DNA from: Amphiscolops sp. MND2022
Taxonomy: Eukaryota
Assembly: GCA_964187785.1 (NCBI GenBank)
Contig: CAXLNC010000509.1
Coordinates: 434,001-498,000 of the forward strand
Direction: 5' to 3'
DNA: 64,000 nucleotides
Below are positions 24,255 through 34,872 of this stretch, in pieces; position 1 is the first letter of the stretch; every line of letters starts with the position of its first letter. Made by a program: the position numbers and the translations under genes. Under the pieces are notes generated by a model that was not told the DNA's origin, did not search any database, and saw only the letters and a list, made by a program, of their open reading frames with translations.

Positions 24255-24694
24255 GGAAGAAGGTCTTTGTTTTTGTTTTAACCATTAATATACTGAAGAA
24301 AGGACAGGATCATCCTTTTGAGCTTGAAGTAGAATGGGTAATGTCAAAAAGGTGTCGGAAGAGAGGAAGAAATTATCAAATGCTTTACAGTGAGCAAAGA
24401 AGGAAGGGTCAAAAAATGGTAAAGATTGAGTATGTATAGGCTTTGGAGAAGTTGGGGTTATAGCATTACTGTCAATAGTATTATTAACAAGAGAGGGGAA
24501 GTTGGTAAAGTTGGTTAAGATATCTTGAGACAAGTTAATATCGTTGAAATAATGGTGTTGTATTTCAGTAAAAAGGGTGTGAAGTTCATGAGGTGGTTGC
24601 GAATAATGATGAGGAATTCGTTTAAGAACGGAATCGCCTGTGTCATATAAATCAATTCATTAAAAGAGGATTTTCTTGGAGTAAAGTTTTAACT

Positions 24695-25370
24695 TTATTT
24701 TTGACAGGTTTTTTTGTATTTATTTAGGAATGAGGAAACAGATTGAAAAGAAAAGGAATCAAGAGGAGTATATTTAACGATATTGCCTTTATCTTGGATA
24801 CGGAGTGTGAATTGATCATCAGCATAGTCAGCTAAGATTAAGTGTGAATCATTTTTTTGTGTAGGGAGTACATCTTCAAGTTTTATTAGATAGTGATTGG
24901 GTTTTAAACTATTATTGTTTTTGAGTTGAAGGAAATCGATATGTGGAGGGAGAGTTTTGTGTTGGAGTTGGCATGTTTTAGTATTAATAGTTGAAAAATC
25001 TCTACTAAGCATATCAGCAACAGTAAGGTTTGTACCAGCTGTGTGAATTATTTGTAGGTTTGGAAATTTGGTTAATAGCATTTGAGCTTTATATTGTCTA
25101 GGAGTTAGGTTTCCTTTACGAGTGAAAAGGAAAAGAATAGGATTGTGATCTGTAAAAATAGTTATCGGGAATTTGGAGCCAATTATAATAAATTCGTATT
25201 GGGAAAGGGCAAAGGTAATAGCACAAAATTCTCTATCATAGGTAGAAAGTTTTTGTTCTTGGGTTGTTAAAATACGAGAATTATGAAAAATCATTTGCAT
25301 TTTGTTTTTGGAGTTAGGTTGAAATAAAACTGCACCTAGGCCTATTAAAGAGGCATCTACAGTTATTTAA
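24695..25370 (-). pseudogene. RNase H of element B
   Basis: TVDASLIGLGAVLFQ...YDREFCAITFAL...IFTDHNPILFL. Confidence 0.92.
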
Positions 25371-26400
25371 AATGGATGAGTAGTATTTGGGATAGCGAGT
25401 CCTGCATCTTTAGAAAGAGAAAGTTTGATTTGATTGAAAAGTTTATCTAAATCAGGAGTCCATTCAAATAGAATATCATCGCGGAGAAGAGTGTAAAAGG
25501 GTTTCAAGGAAATGTGTAGTTTGTTGATGAATTTGGAGTAAAAGTTCATTGATCCAATAAAGCGCAATATTTCTGTTTTAGAAGTGGGTGTCTTTAATTG
25601 GTGGATATCATCAACTTTAGAAGAGATGGGTTTGATTGTATTATTACCAATTTCATGTCCAAGAAATTTGACGGTGAGGAGGATATAGAAAGTTTTTTCA
25701 GGAGCAATTTTAAGATTATTTGTTTGACAAACTTGGTAAAGTTGTTCAATTAACTTTAACAAGTGAGGTTTTGTATGTGCAAGAAGGAGAATGTCATCTA
25801 TATAAACTAATGCAAAACCTTGGTCAAGTTTTTGAAAAAACGAATACATTTGTTTAGTAAAAAAATTGGGTAGGCCTTTAAGACCATAAAATCCACGAAT
25901 GAAAGCGTAAAGTTTGTCACCAGAAGAGAAACTAGTTAAGGCTATAGTTTCTTCATCTAAGGGAGCGTGAGCGTAAGCATACATGAGGCCAATGGCGGAT
26001 ATGAATTTTTTGTTGGCACGTGCAAGTTGGGGAGCTAAATGTTCAATAGGCCAGGATTCGAAAGATTGATCGGTATTTGAGTTAAGGTGTCGTGCGTCTA
26101 AAACGACTTTAATAGTATCTCCTTTGGGTATAATAATAAGGGGGTTTAAAATTGTGGTGACATAAAGGGATTTGTCAGAATGAGTGGAACCAATTTGGCG
26201 AATAATATTGTGTTTTTCTAATTCATCGAGGAGTGTTTTTAATTTTTCTCTATAATGGATAGGAACTTTTGTAGGTCGTTGGGTTCGAAGTTTGGCATTG
26301 GGTTTAAGACGGATTCTAAAAGGAGTAGCTATTTGACCAACATCGTTTTTATGTGTTGAATAGCAGGTTCGATATTTAACAAGAATGGAGCAGAGTTGTA
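25367..26400 (-). pseudogene. Reverse transcriptase of element B
   Basis: VVLDARHLNS...AIGLMYAY (the first catalytic Asp reads Gly here, Asp in A)...GFYGLKGLPNFF...LVYIDDILLL...VKFLGHEI. Confidence 0.95.
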
Positions 26401-27043
26401 AGTATTCTTCGTCAGTGACATCAGAGTACTGGAATTTAAATTTATTGAGGAATTGTTGAGTGTCTGGTTAATATTGTAATGGTGGAAGAGGTCAGGTTAA
26501 AATTTGAGATGGTTGCAAATTGTTTATTTCATTTTGAGGGTTGCGAAGAGAAGAACGTCGACGGGGAGGTTTTGGTTCCGAAAGGTCAGGATAATAAGAA
26601 TTGAAATACGGTGTGTATTAAGGAGTTTACATCATTAACTTTATAGTGAGTTGGTTGAACAGTAGGGGCTGGAACCTCAATGTATCCAATATATCCAGGG
26701 GCAATGACAGAATGGTGGGTAATGTTTTGAATAATAACAGAACAACTTGAAGGTTCGGTATTAATGTTCTGGTAGATTTGGAGAAAATCAAAGGTTGAGT
26801 TGAAGCGTGTATTAAAAAATGGATGAGGTGTGGAAGGGAAAAAGACTTCATTATCAGAAGTTTTAAACGTTAAAGGAAGTGTTGGTTGAAATGGGAAATG
26901 GATAATTTGAGAAGCGTTGGGTTTAAATTAGAGCTTATTTTTAACATCGATAGTGTAGATGTAAGAAAAATATGGATAATCTTTTTCTTTATGAGCTGTA
27001 AAAGGGAGGGTGTTAATGCGAGATTCATGTGGAGTATTAAATG

Positions 27044-27499
27044 TCAGTGACATACTTTCAATATTAAGAGTTTTTTTACATATTTTTCAAAAAAGGGAGT
27101 TCCAAGATTATTGTATTTAATATTTGCTACTGCAAAAGGAATAACAAGGGTACGAGTATTTCCATGAAGGGAGGTATGAAGTGTAAGTATTAGATTTTGG
27201 AGAATAGGTACTTCGGATTTATTGGCAACGGTTAAAGTTTTGTTTTCGTTTTGATGTGGGGAATGTTTTGAGCATTTTAAAAAGTGATCGGCTAAAATGG
27301 TGAAAATGGGTAAGTTTAAAACACAAATGGAGGCTCCACTATCAAGTAAGAACAAAAGTTCTAATTTAGAAGGGATAGAGATATCCTCACTCGGTTTGAA
27401 AATGTATAAATTAACAAACCAAGTGGAAGGGGTAATAGCATTGGCATGTTCAGTAGAAGTTGACGAAGGCTGGGATAATGAAGGGTTAGGGTGATACAT
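27044..27499 (-). pseudogene. Aspartic protease of element B
   Basis: LFLLDSGASICVL and a downstream NNLG motif. Homologous to A ORF 9263-10078. Confidence 0.92.
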
Positions 27500-30080
27500 G
27501 TTTATTTCAAAATTAGCTTCTGTATTGGAGTTGCTTTGAAGAGGTGGTGTAGATGGATGTGTAAGAATTATGGATGGTTTGTATTGGGATTGAGAATGAT
27601 TGTTTGAATTTGAATGAGATCTACTACGTTAACGATCATTGCGTGGTTTGGAAGGATGACGATGAGGAGAATTGTATCTATTAAAAGAAGAAAAATTTGA
27701 GGAACGTTCACGAGAACGAGGGTAATATTTAGATGGACTACGAAAGGAATTAGAGTTATAATATGTTCGTGAAGAAGTGTATGATTTGTAGGGATTTTGA
27801 TTTTAATGTTTATCATATCGAGATCTATCACGATGGTGGTAAGACGGGGGTGATAAGAAAATGTACGGGGTGGGTTATTATTATATCTAGGACGTGAATG
27901 CGAACTTGAATAAGAACGAGATTGATACCGAGTTTCGCGAGAATATCTGCGGGAAGGGTTACTGTGGCTTCGACTACGGTAGCGAGGATAATGAGATTTA
28001 TTTGGAAGGGCTTTTAAAATGTTGATAAAAGGTAAGAGTCGGAGATCTAGATTGTGGTTTTGATTCTTTGAGCATATTAAGTCGGCGAAAGCAAGTTGAA
28101 ACAGAGTGGTTATTTTTATGGCAAAAGGAACAATATTTCTTGAATTGGGGTTTCGATTTATTGTTAGGATCCATTACTTGAACTTGTGGAGATTCGGAAG
28201 GAGGATCTTGAATGGTTGTACTTTGTTGAAAAGTATTAGACAGAGTGTTAATTTCAAGGGAAAGTTCTTGAGTTTTAATTTTTTTAAACATTAGACATTT
28301 AGACATTTAGACATTTTCATTATCCTTTTTAACAGGGGCAAGAGCTTCAATTTGAGCATGATATGCGTGTTTTTGAGAAACGAATTGCTTCTTAAAAATT
28401 TGGTGAAAAGATGACCAATCATCTTTATAAACTTGTGGGAGACGATCATACCAATTGGAAGCAGTTCCAGTGAGGGAACAATAAAGGAGAGACATTCGAC
28501 GAGAATGCCAAGTTAGATATGATTGAATATCTACAGGTTGAGGTCCAAGTTGAAATGTCACTCGAGTACTAAGATGTGCTAAGAATTTTTCAGGAGGATA
28601 AGTTTGGTCAAGGCCATCAAAGAGTTTAATAGGATCTGATAGAGCAGCAAAAGGGACAGAAGGAGTGGTTGGAAAATGAAGAGATGAATAGAGAGAAGAA
28701 GAATTGAAAGGTAATGTTGAAGTAGGAGGAATAGGATGAGGGGGGTTTGGAGGGGGTTGGAGAGAATAAGTGGGGAAGTTTTGAAAAGTAGGATAGAGAG
28801 AAACATAAGGGTTGTACGAGATGGATTGGGTAGTAGAAGAAGCAGTTTGAGAAATAGAAGGAATTGGTCGTAGGGAATAAGAAGAAAAGGGATTTTGATT
28901 AAATAAAGAAGGATCATGGGTGGAAGAAGGTGGGGGGGCTTTGAGGGAGGGAGTGAGTGGAAAGAGTATTATTTAAAGAAAGAGGAATGGGGGGTACTGT
29001 GGGGATTTGGAAAACCGAAGGTTGAACAGTATTATAAGGAACGGCAGGTGGAGTATTAGAAGGTGTAGTATACTGGCTCGGAGAGTGAGAAGTAGGAAGG
29101 TTTTCATTAATTGTGGTGACTTGAGAAGTAGAAGTGGAAATGTGTTGATTTATCGATGGGGTAGGGTTTACTACAGCATTTGAAGATGAGTGTGAATAGA
29201 AACATTGGAAATTGTATCAGTTGAAGGTGGTAAATAGTGTTGTTGGTTGTAAGGACGAACAGGAGGAGGAAGGTTCAGACTTTTATCAAGACTGTTGGAG
29301 TCATAGGCAAGGTATTTACAATGAGAAGAAGGAAAATCAAGAAGATTATAATACTGAGGGTGTTGATTATCAGGAGTATCGAGAAAAGGTGAAAGTTCAT
29401 TTTGAGTAAACTGTTGAGGAAAATTTATACAGGCATCTTGGAATTTCGAGTGCCAAACGAGTTGGTAATTATGTCGAAAGAATTTTCGAAGGAAAAGAGA
29501 GTATAGTTAAATTTGTTCTTTTGTTTTTGTATTGAGGGTAAGATTCTGAAAGAATTGGTATTGAAAATGATGAATTTGAAGAATATCGGTGGTAAGCCAC
29601 TGGTGGGGACTGTCTTCAATAGTGCGAAATTGTTCAAAATTGGGAAGGTCAAAAAGAGAGGTTCTTTTTGGAGAAGGTCTTGTATGGAAGAAGGGTTAAA
29701 AACATGTTTAGGTAAAAGATTATTTTTTTCTTGAGAAAGGTTGTAAAGACATTAGCATTAGGGATATAGATATCGTTAGGATAAATATTTTTTCGAAAGG
29801 TATCAGAGCGAGTTGTGAGAGAAGTAAAGGGAATAGAAAATGGGGGTTCTTCAAAATTTGCAACAAGAAAATGGGTGTCAATATAGTATAAATAAGAGTC
29901 ATGATGTTCACGAATAAGAGAGGTTGTATAAAAATCTTCCGGGTAGGTTTCAAAAGAAAGAGGGGTAGTGGAGTTGTAAATAAGATTGTTAGGAAATTGA
30001 GTGAGAGTTTGTGAAATATCACGGGTAACACGGTGAGAGGTATTGAAAAGAAAGGGAAGGGGTTGTATGGGATCAGTCAT
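27500..30080 (-). pseudogene. gag: gag of element B (unusually long; internal ~225-bp deletion at ~28300)
   Basis: N-terminal domain MTDPIQPL...ETYPEDFY..IREHHDSYLYYIDTH, a P/S/T-rich spacer, capsid-like SLTGTASNWYDRLP...WSSF..IFKKQF, CCHC knuckle CSFCHKNNHSVSTC, RS-rich tail. Confidence 0.9.
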
Positions 30081-30311
30081 TAGGAGTGTCTATGGGGATT
30101 GTAATATAGACAAATCCAATCCATAATAACTTCAGGATGGACCGATGGTTCAGTAGGGAGGGGAAAAACGATGAATTTTTTGACGAAAGTAGGTATAAAA
30201 TGAGAAGAGAGACGGATGAAAATATATAGGTGTACTGATAAGAAGAAGTGAAAAGAAAAATAGTTGCTGAAGGGCAAGGCAAGGATTGGGGTGAAGGAAG
30301 AGGAGGTTCAT
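30080..30311 (-). CDS. Small upstream ORF 3 of element B (frameshifted N-half; stop overlaps the gag ATG)
   Basis: C-terminus PTEPSVHPEVIMDWICLYYNPHRHS* vs A PTEPSIHPDIILDRIWLYFYPHRHS*, with many synonymous third-position changes. The N-terminal assignment (MNLLFLHP vs MYLIFFHS) is less sure. Confidence 0.65.
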
Positions 30312-30431
30312 ACAAAAAGGAAGGGGAAAAAGAAAAGAGAGTGGTAAAAGTATAGATAAAGATAATAAATTAGGTATGAAGATAAAAGGAATAAGGGAGA
30401 AGGAAATGGGGAAATTTAAGAAGAAAGGGAG

Positions 30432-30545
30432 TTAGTGGAAGAGAGATTCGACAATTTTTTCAATGAGGAGCATTAAGAAAACTAGCATTGCAAAAATGTA
30501 TGAAACGAAAAGAATAATGGTGGCAAGGTTTTCGGTAAGAAACAT
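30432..30545 (-). CDS. Small upstream ORF 2 of element B, 37-aa single-TM peptide
   Basis: MFLTENLATIILFVSYIFAMLVFLMLLIEKIVESLFH*. Same length and near-identical in A (34190-34303). Confidence 0.75.
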   Translation of the reverse strand: MFLTENLATIILFVSYIFAMLVFLMLLIEKIVESLFH

Positions 30546-30563
30546 AAATGAAAAAAGCAGGGA

Positions 30564-30701
30564 TTATGCTCTATATTGTTCAATAACATGATGAAGGAAA
30601 GGGAGAATAAATTTATCAACAAGAAGAAGGACAATGGCACAAAGACCAAAAAGGTAGAGGAGGATTAGACAAATACGAACGGAGTCATTAAGGGAAGGCA
30701 T
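30564..30701 (-). CDS. Small upstream ORF 1 of element B, 45-aa single-TM peptide
   Basis: MPSLNDSVRICLILLYLFGLCAIVLLLVDKFILPFLHHVIEQYRA*. Homologue in A at 34314-34442. Confidence 0.75.
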   Translation of the reverse strand: MPSLNDSVRICLILLYLFGLCAIVLLLVDKFILPFLHHVIEQYRA

Positions 30702-30799
30702 GAAAAATTTGGTAGGAAGTAGAAATGGGAAGGAATTTCAAATAGGAAATTTTATGATAGAAATGTGGGAGGTAAAAAAGAACATGAAAAAAAGGTGTA

Positions 30800-31060
30800 G
30801 CAGGGAAAAGTGAAATCACGCCAAAGGGGATTAGGACAGAAGAAGAAAGTGTACCAGCGCGTAGCTGAATCACGAAAGGTGATTAGGACAAAAGAGGATG
30901 TTGTACCAGCAAAAAGCTGAATCACTTGGAAATGATTAGTACAGAAAAGATATGGTGTGCCGACTACTAGGTCGAACCACGTGATGTGATTAGTACAGAA
31001 GAAGATCTGAGTTGTGTACCGACAATGAGTCGAATCACTGTGTGTGATTAGTTCAGAAAG
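30800..31060 (-). repeat. Leader array of ~5 structured ~50-56-nt repeats (element B)
   Basis: Recurring GTAC-CAGC/CGAC-loop-GCTG/GTCG-AATCAC-loop-GTGATTAGTACAG on the + strand. Confidence 0.85.
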
Positions 31061-31120
31061 TTTGTTTGGTATGGAAAGGGAAAATGAGTACAAAAGTGTT
31101 TAGAAAAAGGAAAGAAAAGA

Positions 31121-31133
31121 GGTGGTCGCACCA
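31121..31133 (-). promoter_or_regulatory. Primer binding site of element B (TGGTGCGACCACC)
   Basis: TGG start 2 nt downstream of the 5' LTR. The primer tRNA is not identified; the first 7 nt would fit a tRNA ending CGCACCA, such as Gly. Confidence 0.8.
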
Positions 31134-31135
31134 GT

Positions 31136-31470
31136 TAAAGTACATGGTTGTTATCGTTATTAAATGTTAAGAGAGAATTAGATCTTTTGTCTGAATTACG
31201 ATTAGTACTTTAAAAGATGCTAACAGAGCTGCAGTTATTAGGTCTTTGGGTGAAGACAACTAATCGATGAAGATTCAATTCAAGTTATGTTCTACAAATC
31301 AGAATTCATGGTATTGAATATAAAGTAGTTACATCAATCAATTCCTTTTACATCTAGAATATTAATCGAGTACATTCATAAATGAGGTGCACTGTTCTAA
31401 AGTCTAGACATATAGGGGGCGGGGGATAATTATAAATCATAAAATATTTGGTATATCATCTGGTATATCG
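31136..31470 (-). repeat. 5' LTR of element B
   Basis: Direct repeat of 10532-10859. The outer terminal base differs (G instead of A on the + strand). Confidence 0.95.
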
Positions 31471-31474
31471 ATAG

Positions 31475-33825
31475 GGGTTACTGTTACTTTGACTACGGTA
31501 ACGAGGATATTGAGGGCAATGTTTAGCGGAGTGTGTTTTAAAATGTTGATAAAAAGAAGGAGTTGGTGATTTAGATTGTGGTTTAGACTCTTTGAGCATA
31601 TTAAGTCTACGAAAGCAAATGGAAACAGAGTGATTGTTTTTGTGGCAAAAGGAACAATCTTTTTTAAATTGGGGTTTGGATTTATTGATAGGATCGATTG
31701 CTTGAACCGGAGGAGTATCTTGAATAGTTGCATTTTGTTGAAAGGTGTTTGAAAGAGTGTTAATTTCAAGAGAAAGTTCTTGAGTTTTGATTTTTTCAAG
31801 TGTAATATCTTCAGAATTAACCATATTAACAAGAGAGTGAAAAGGAATAGAATGTTCCATGGAACTGGAAATGTGTTTAACTTGGCGTTTATTAGCAAAA
31901 GCTTTTAATTTTTTTGGGAGACCACGGGTGAAAATTTCATTACATTTGAGATTAATAGTGGATGGATATTCGTTATACCGGCCTTGTTTAACTAGAGTTT
32001 AAACTTTCAAAGCGTAGTGGCGAACATTTTCATTATCCTTTTCAACAAGGGAAAGATCTTCAATTTGAGCATGGTAAGCGTGTTTTTGAGAATAGAATTT
32101 TCCTTAAAATTTGGAGAAAAACAGATGACCAATCATTTTTTATACTTGTGGGAGACGGTCATACCCAATAGAGGCAGTTCCTGTTAAAGAACAATGAAGG
32201 AGTGACATACGTCGAGAATGCCAGGTTAGGTATGATTGAATATCAAGAGGTTGAGGACCGAGTTGAAATGTTACACGGGCACTGAGGTGGGCTAGAAGTT
32301 TTTCGGGGGGATAAGTATGATCTAAGGCATCAAAAAGTTTAATAGGGTCAGAGAGAGCAGTAAAAGGAACATCTGGAAAACTGGAGGAAGCCGAAAAGGA
32401 GGAGGGTTAATGGGGAATGCAGAAGTTGATGGTGGGAGAGGGTTAGGAGGAAGATTAGGTGGTTGAAAAGAGATAGAGGGATAGCTTTGAAAACCAGGAT
32501 GAAGTGAAGCATTTGGGTTATATGAGGTAGGTGGAGGGTTAGAGACAGAAGATTGGGAAGTAAAGAGATGGTGCGGCATAGGTAAAGATGAAGGAGTGTT
32601 AGGATTTATTAGTGAGGGATTTGGAGGAAAATAGGTTTGAGTAGTGTGGGATTGAGGTTATGGTAAAGTGGTAAAGTGGTTATGGTAGTGTTGGAAGAAA
32701 GAGGAATTGGAGGTAGTGTTGGGATTTGAAAAACGGGGGGTTGTGTAAGATTAGCGGTTCTCATAGAGGGGGTACTAGAAGGAGTAGTGCATTGGTTTGG
32801 TGTTGGAGAAGTGGATGGTTGAGTAGTTATTATGTTGGTTTGGGATGTAGGCGGATCTAAATTTGGATCAACAAGAGAGTGTGCATTAACTACTGCATTA
32901 GAGGTGGATGGATATACACGAGTTTGTATAGGGACATTGGAAGTAGTATCAGTGAAGGAGGGTTTTGTTTTGCATAAGAACGAATGGGTGGTGGAAGAAT
33001 ACGACTTTTGTTAATACTATTATTGTCATAAGTGAGGTAGGGAAAATGAGTCGGAGGAACTTCAAAAAGATTATGAAATTGAGGGTGTTGATTTTCAGTG
33101 GTATCGAGAAAGGGTAGAAGTTCATCTTGAGTGAACAGTGAGGGGAAGTTGACTGATTTGAACTTTGGAGTGCCAGACAAGTTGGTATTTATGTCTAAAT
33201 AATTTTCGAAGGAAAAAAAGAGAGTATACTTGACTTTGTTCTTTTGCACTTGTACTAAGAGTAAGGTTTTGAAAGAATTGATATTGAAAGTGGTGATTTT
33301 GAAGAATATCTGTGGTCAGCCAGTGATGAGGGTTATTTTCAATAGTGCGAAATTGTTCAACATTAGGAAGGTCAAAAAGAGATGCTTTTTGAAGGAAGGT
33401 TTGTATTGAGGATGGGTTAAAATATGTTTAAGTAGGAGGTTATTCTTTTCTAAAAGATTATTGAGAAAAGTGGTGAATACATGAGCAGTTGGAATGTAGA
33501 TGTTATTGGGATGAATGTTTTTTCTGAAAGTATTAGAAGAGTTTATGTGTGAAGTGAAAAGAATAGAAAATAGGGGTTAACCAGGAGTTTCAACAACAGA
33601 GTGTGTGTCAATGTAGTATAAGTAAGAGTCGTGATGTTCACGAATGAGGGGTATAGTATAAATATCTTCCGGGTAGGTTTCAAAAGAAAGAGGAACAAAA
33701 GAGTTGTAGATAAGATTGCGAAGAAATTTGGGGATTGTATTTGAGAGTTCACGTGTAATACGATAGTGGGTGGTGTCAAATGCAAAGGGGAGAGGGAAGA
33801 GAGGAGAAGGAAGAGGGTCAGACAT
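31475..33825 (-). pseudogene. gag: gag of element A, 5' part
   Basis: MSDPLPSP...ETYPEDIY..IREHHDSYLYYIDTH, a capsid-like region (32000-32330), and CSFCHKNNHSVSIC in ORF 31456-31860. Confidence 0.9.
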
Positions 33826-34060
33826 TATGAGTGGCGGTGAGGATAAAAGTATAACCAAATACGGTCTAAGATGATATCGGGATGAATGGAAGGTTCAGTG
33901 GGCAATGGTTTAAGATAGTGGTGGATATTGAATAGGAGATCGTGAAAACAAAAATAGAGAGAAGAATAAAAAACGAGGAGAAAAAAGAATAGAAGGAATG
34001 AAGGATAAAAATGTTAAACAGAGGTAGGAAAGGAGTAGAGTGGAAGAAAATTAAATACAT
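33825..34060 (-). pseudogene. Small upstream ORF 3 of element A (frameshifted; TAATG overlap with gag)
   Basis: ...PTEPSIHPDIILDRIWLYFYPHRHS TAA-TG. Confidence 0.62.
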
Positions 34061-34189
34061 GCAGAAGAGAATGAAAGAAGATGGGAATGAAAATTTTAGA
34101 GTGGTGGTGAAAAAGGTGATACTGTTAAAACAAGGGAAAACAAGAGGTGTTGAAGAAGAGAAATGGGGGAGAAAAGAGGGAACAGGAAG

Positions 34190-34303
34190 TTATGAAAAAA
34201 GGAATGCTACTATTTTCTCAACTAGTAACATTAGGAAAACGAGCATTGCAAAAATTTATGAAACAAAAAGGATGGTAGTTGCAAGATTTTCGGTAAGAAA
34301 CAT
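34190..34303 (-). pseudogene. Small upstream ORF 2 of element A (TAC to TAA at codon 16)
   Basis: MFLTENLATTILFVS*IFAMLVFLMLLVEKIVAFLFS*. Confidence 0.72.
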
Positions 34304-34313
34304 GATGAAAGTG

Positions 34314-34442
34314 TTAGTTACTAGTATCTCGAGGGAGGAAATCAATGATGAAGTTGTCGACAAGAAGAAAAATGATTGAAAAGAGGCCAAAAAGATACAA
34401 TAAGATAAGACAAATACAAACAGAATCATTGAGAGAAGGCAT
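34314..34442 (-). CDS. Small upstream ORF 1 of element A, 42-aa single-TM peptide
   Basis: MPSLNDSVCICLILLYLFGLFSIIFLLVDNFIIDFLPRDTSN*. Confidence 0.75.
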   Translation of the reverse strand: MPSLNDSVCICLILLYLFGLFSIIFLLVDNFIIDFLPRDTSN

Positions 34443-34495
34443 GGAAAGATAGAAAAGAAAGGAAAGAACAAAATTGGTTGAGCAACAGAAATGAT

Positions 34496-34498
<3 letters not shown>

Positions 34499-34526
<28 letters not shown>
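34499..34526. repeat. (TA)14 microsatellite
   Basis: Directly visible; absent from the equivalent B leader. Confidence 0.95.
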
Positions 34527-34532
<6 letters not shown>

Positions 34533-34560
34533 TTGTTAGCAGTTTGGAAAAGAAGAAAAG

Positions 34561-34830
34561 GTGTATCAGCACTTGGCTGCATCACTTTGGAGGGTAATTA
34601 GTACAGAAAGTTGAACTGTTACAGCACTGGGCTGAATCACTTTGAAGTGTGATTAGTACAGAAAAGAGAAGTACCAACACGTAGCTGAATTAGAGATGTG
34701 ATTAGCACAGAAGGTGAGGATTAAGTTGTACCGACAACTAGGTCGAATCACATGAAATTGTGATTAGTACAGAAGAAATGTTGTACCGACAAATAATGGA
34801 ATCCTTTGGGTGTGATTAGTACAGAAGGAT
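34561..34830 (-). repeat. Leader array of ~5 structured repeats (element A)
   Basis: Same unit as B 30800-31060 (GTGATTAGTACAGAA core). Confidence 0.85.
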
Positions 34831-34860
34831 TTGTGAAAGGGAGGAAAGAGTTGATGAAAT

Positions 34861-34870
34861 GATCGCACCA
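34861..34870 (-). promoter_or_regulatory. Primer binding site of element A (TGGTGCGATC)
   Basis: 2 nt from the 5' LTR; shares TGGTGCGA with B. Confidence 0.8.
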
Positions 34871-34872
34871 GT

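Larger units (their letters stand above)
10532..31470 (-). mobile_element. LTR retroelement B (Ty3/gypsy-type, env-bearing), near full length, decayed
   Basis: Paired LTRs 10532-10859 and 31136-31470, TSD ATAG (10528-10531 and 31471-31474), PBS, and gag-PR-RT-RH-IN-env order. Confidence 0.95.

Noticed and set aside
27480-27560. Programmed gag-pol frameshift
   Set aside because: B reads in frame from the RS tail into protease while A is offset. With many decay indels the native frame relation cannot be determined.
30080-30311. Programmed frameshift inside small ORF 3
   Set aside because: The frame offsets differ between A and B and no shared slippery heptamer is present; decay explains it.
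30800-31060. Leader repeats as a CRISPR array or hammerhead ribozymes
   Set aside because: Eukaryotic retroelement context, no unique spacers of constant length and no cas genes. The hammerhead core (CUGANGA...GAAA) is absent at the junctions.
1046-34379. Plus-strand (antisense) ORFs within the elements, e.g. 2613-2816, 14939-15223, 34011-34379
   Set aside because: Short, not conserved in frame between A and B, and explained as shadows of minus-strand genes in skewed sequence.
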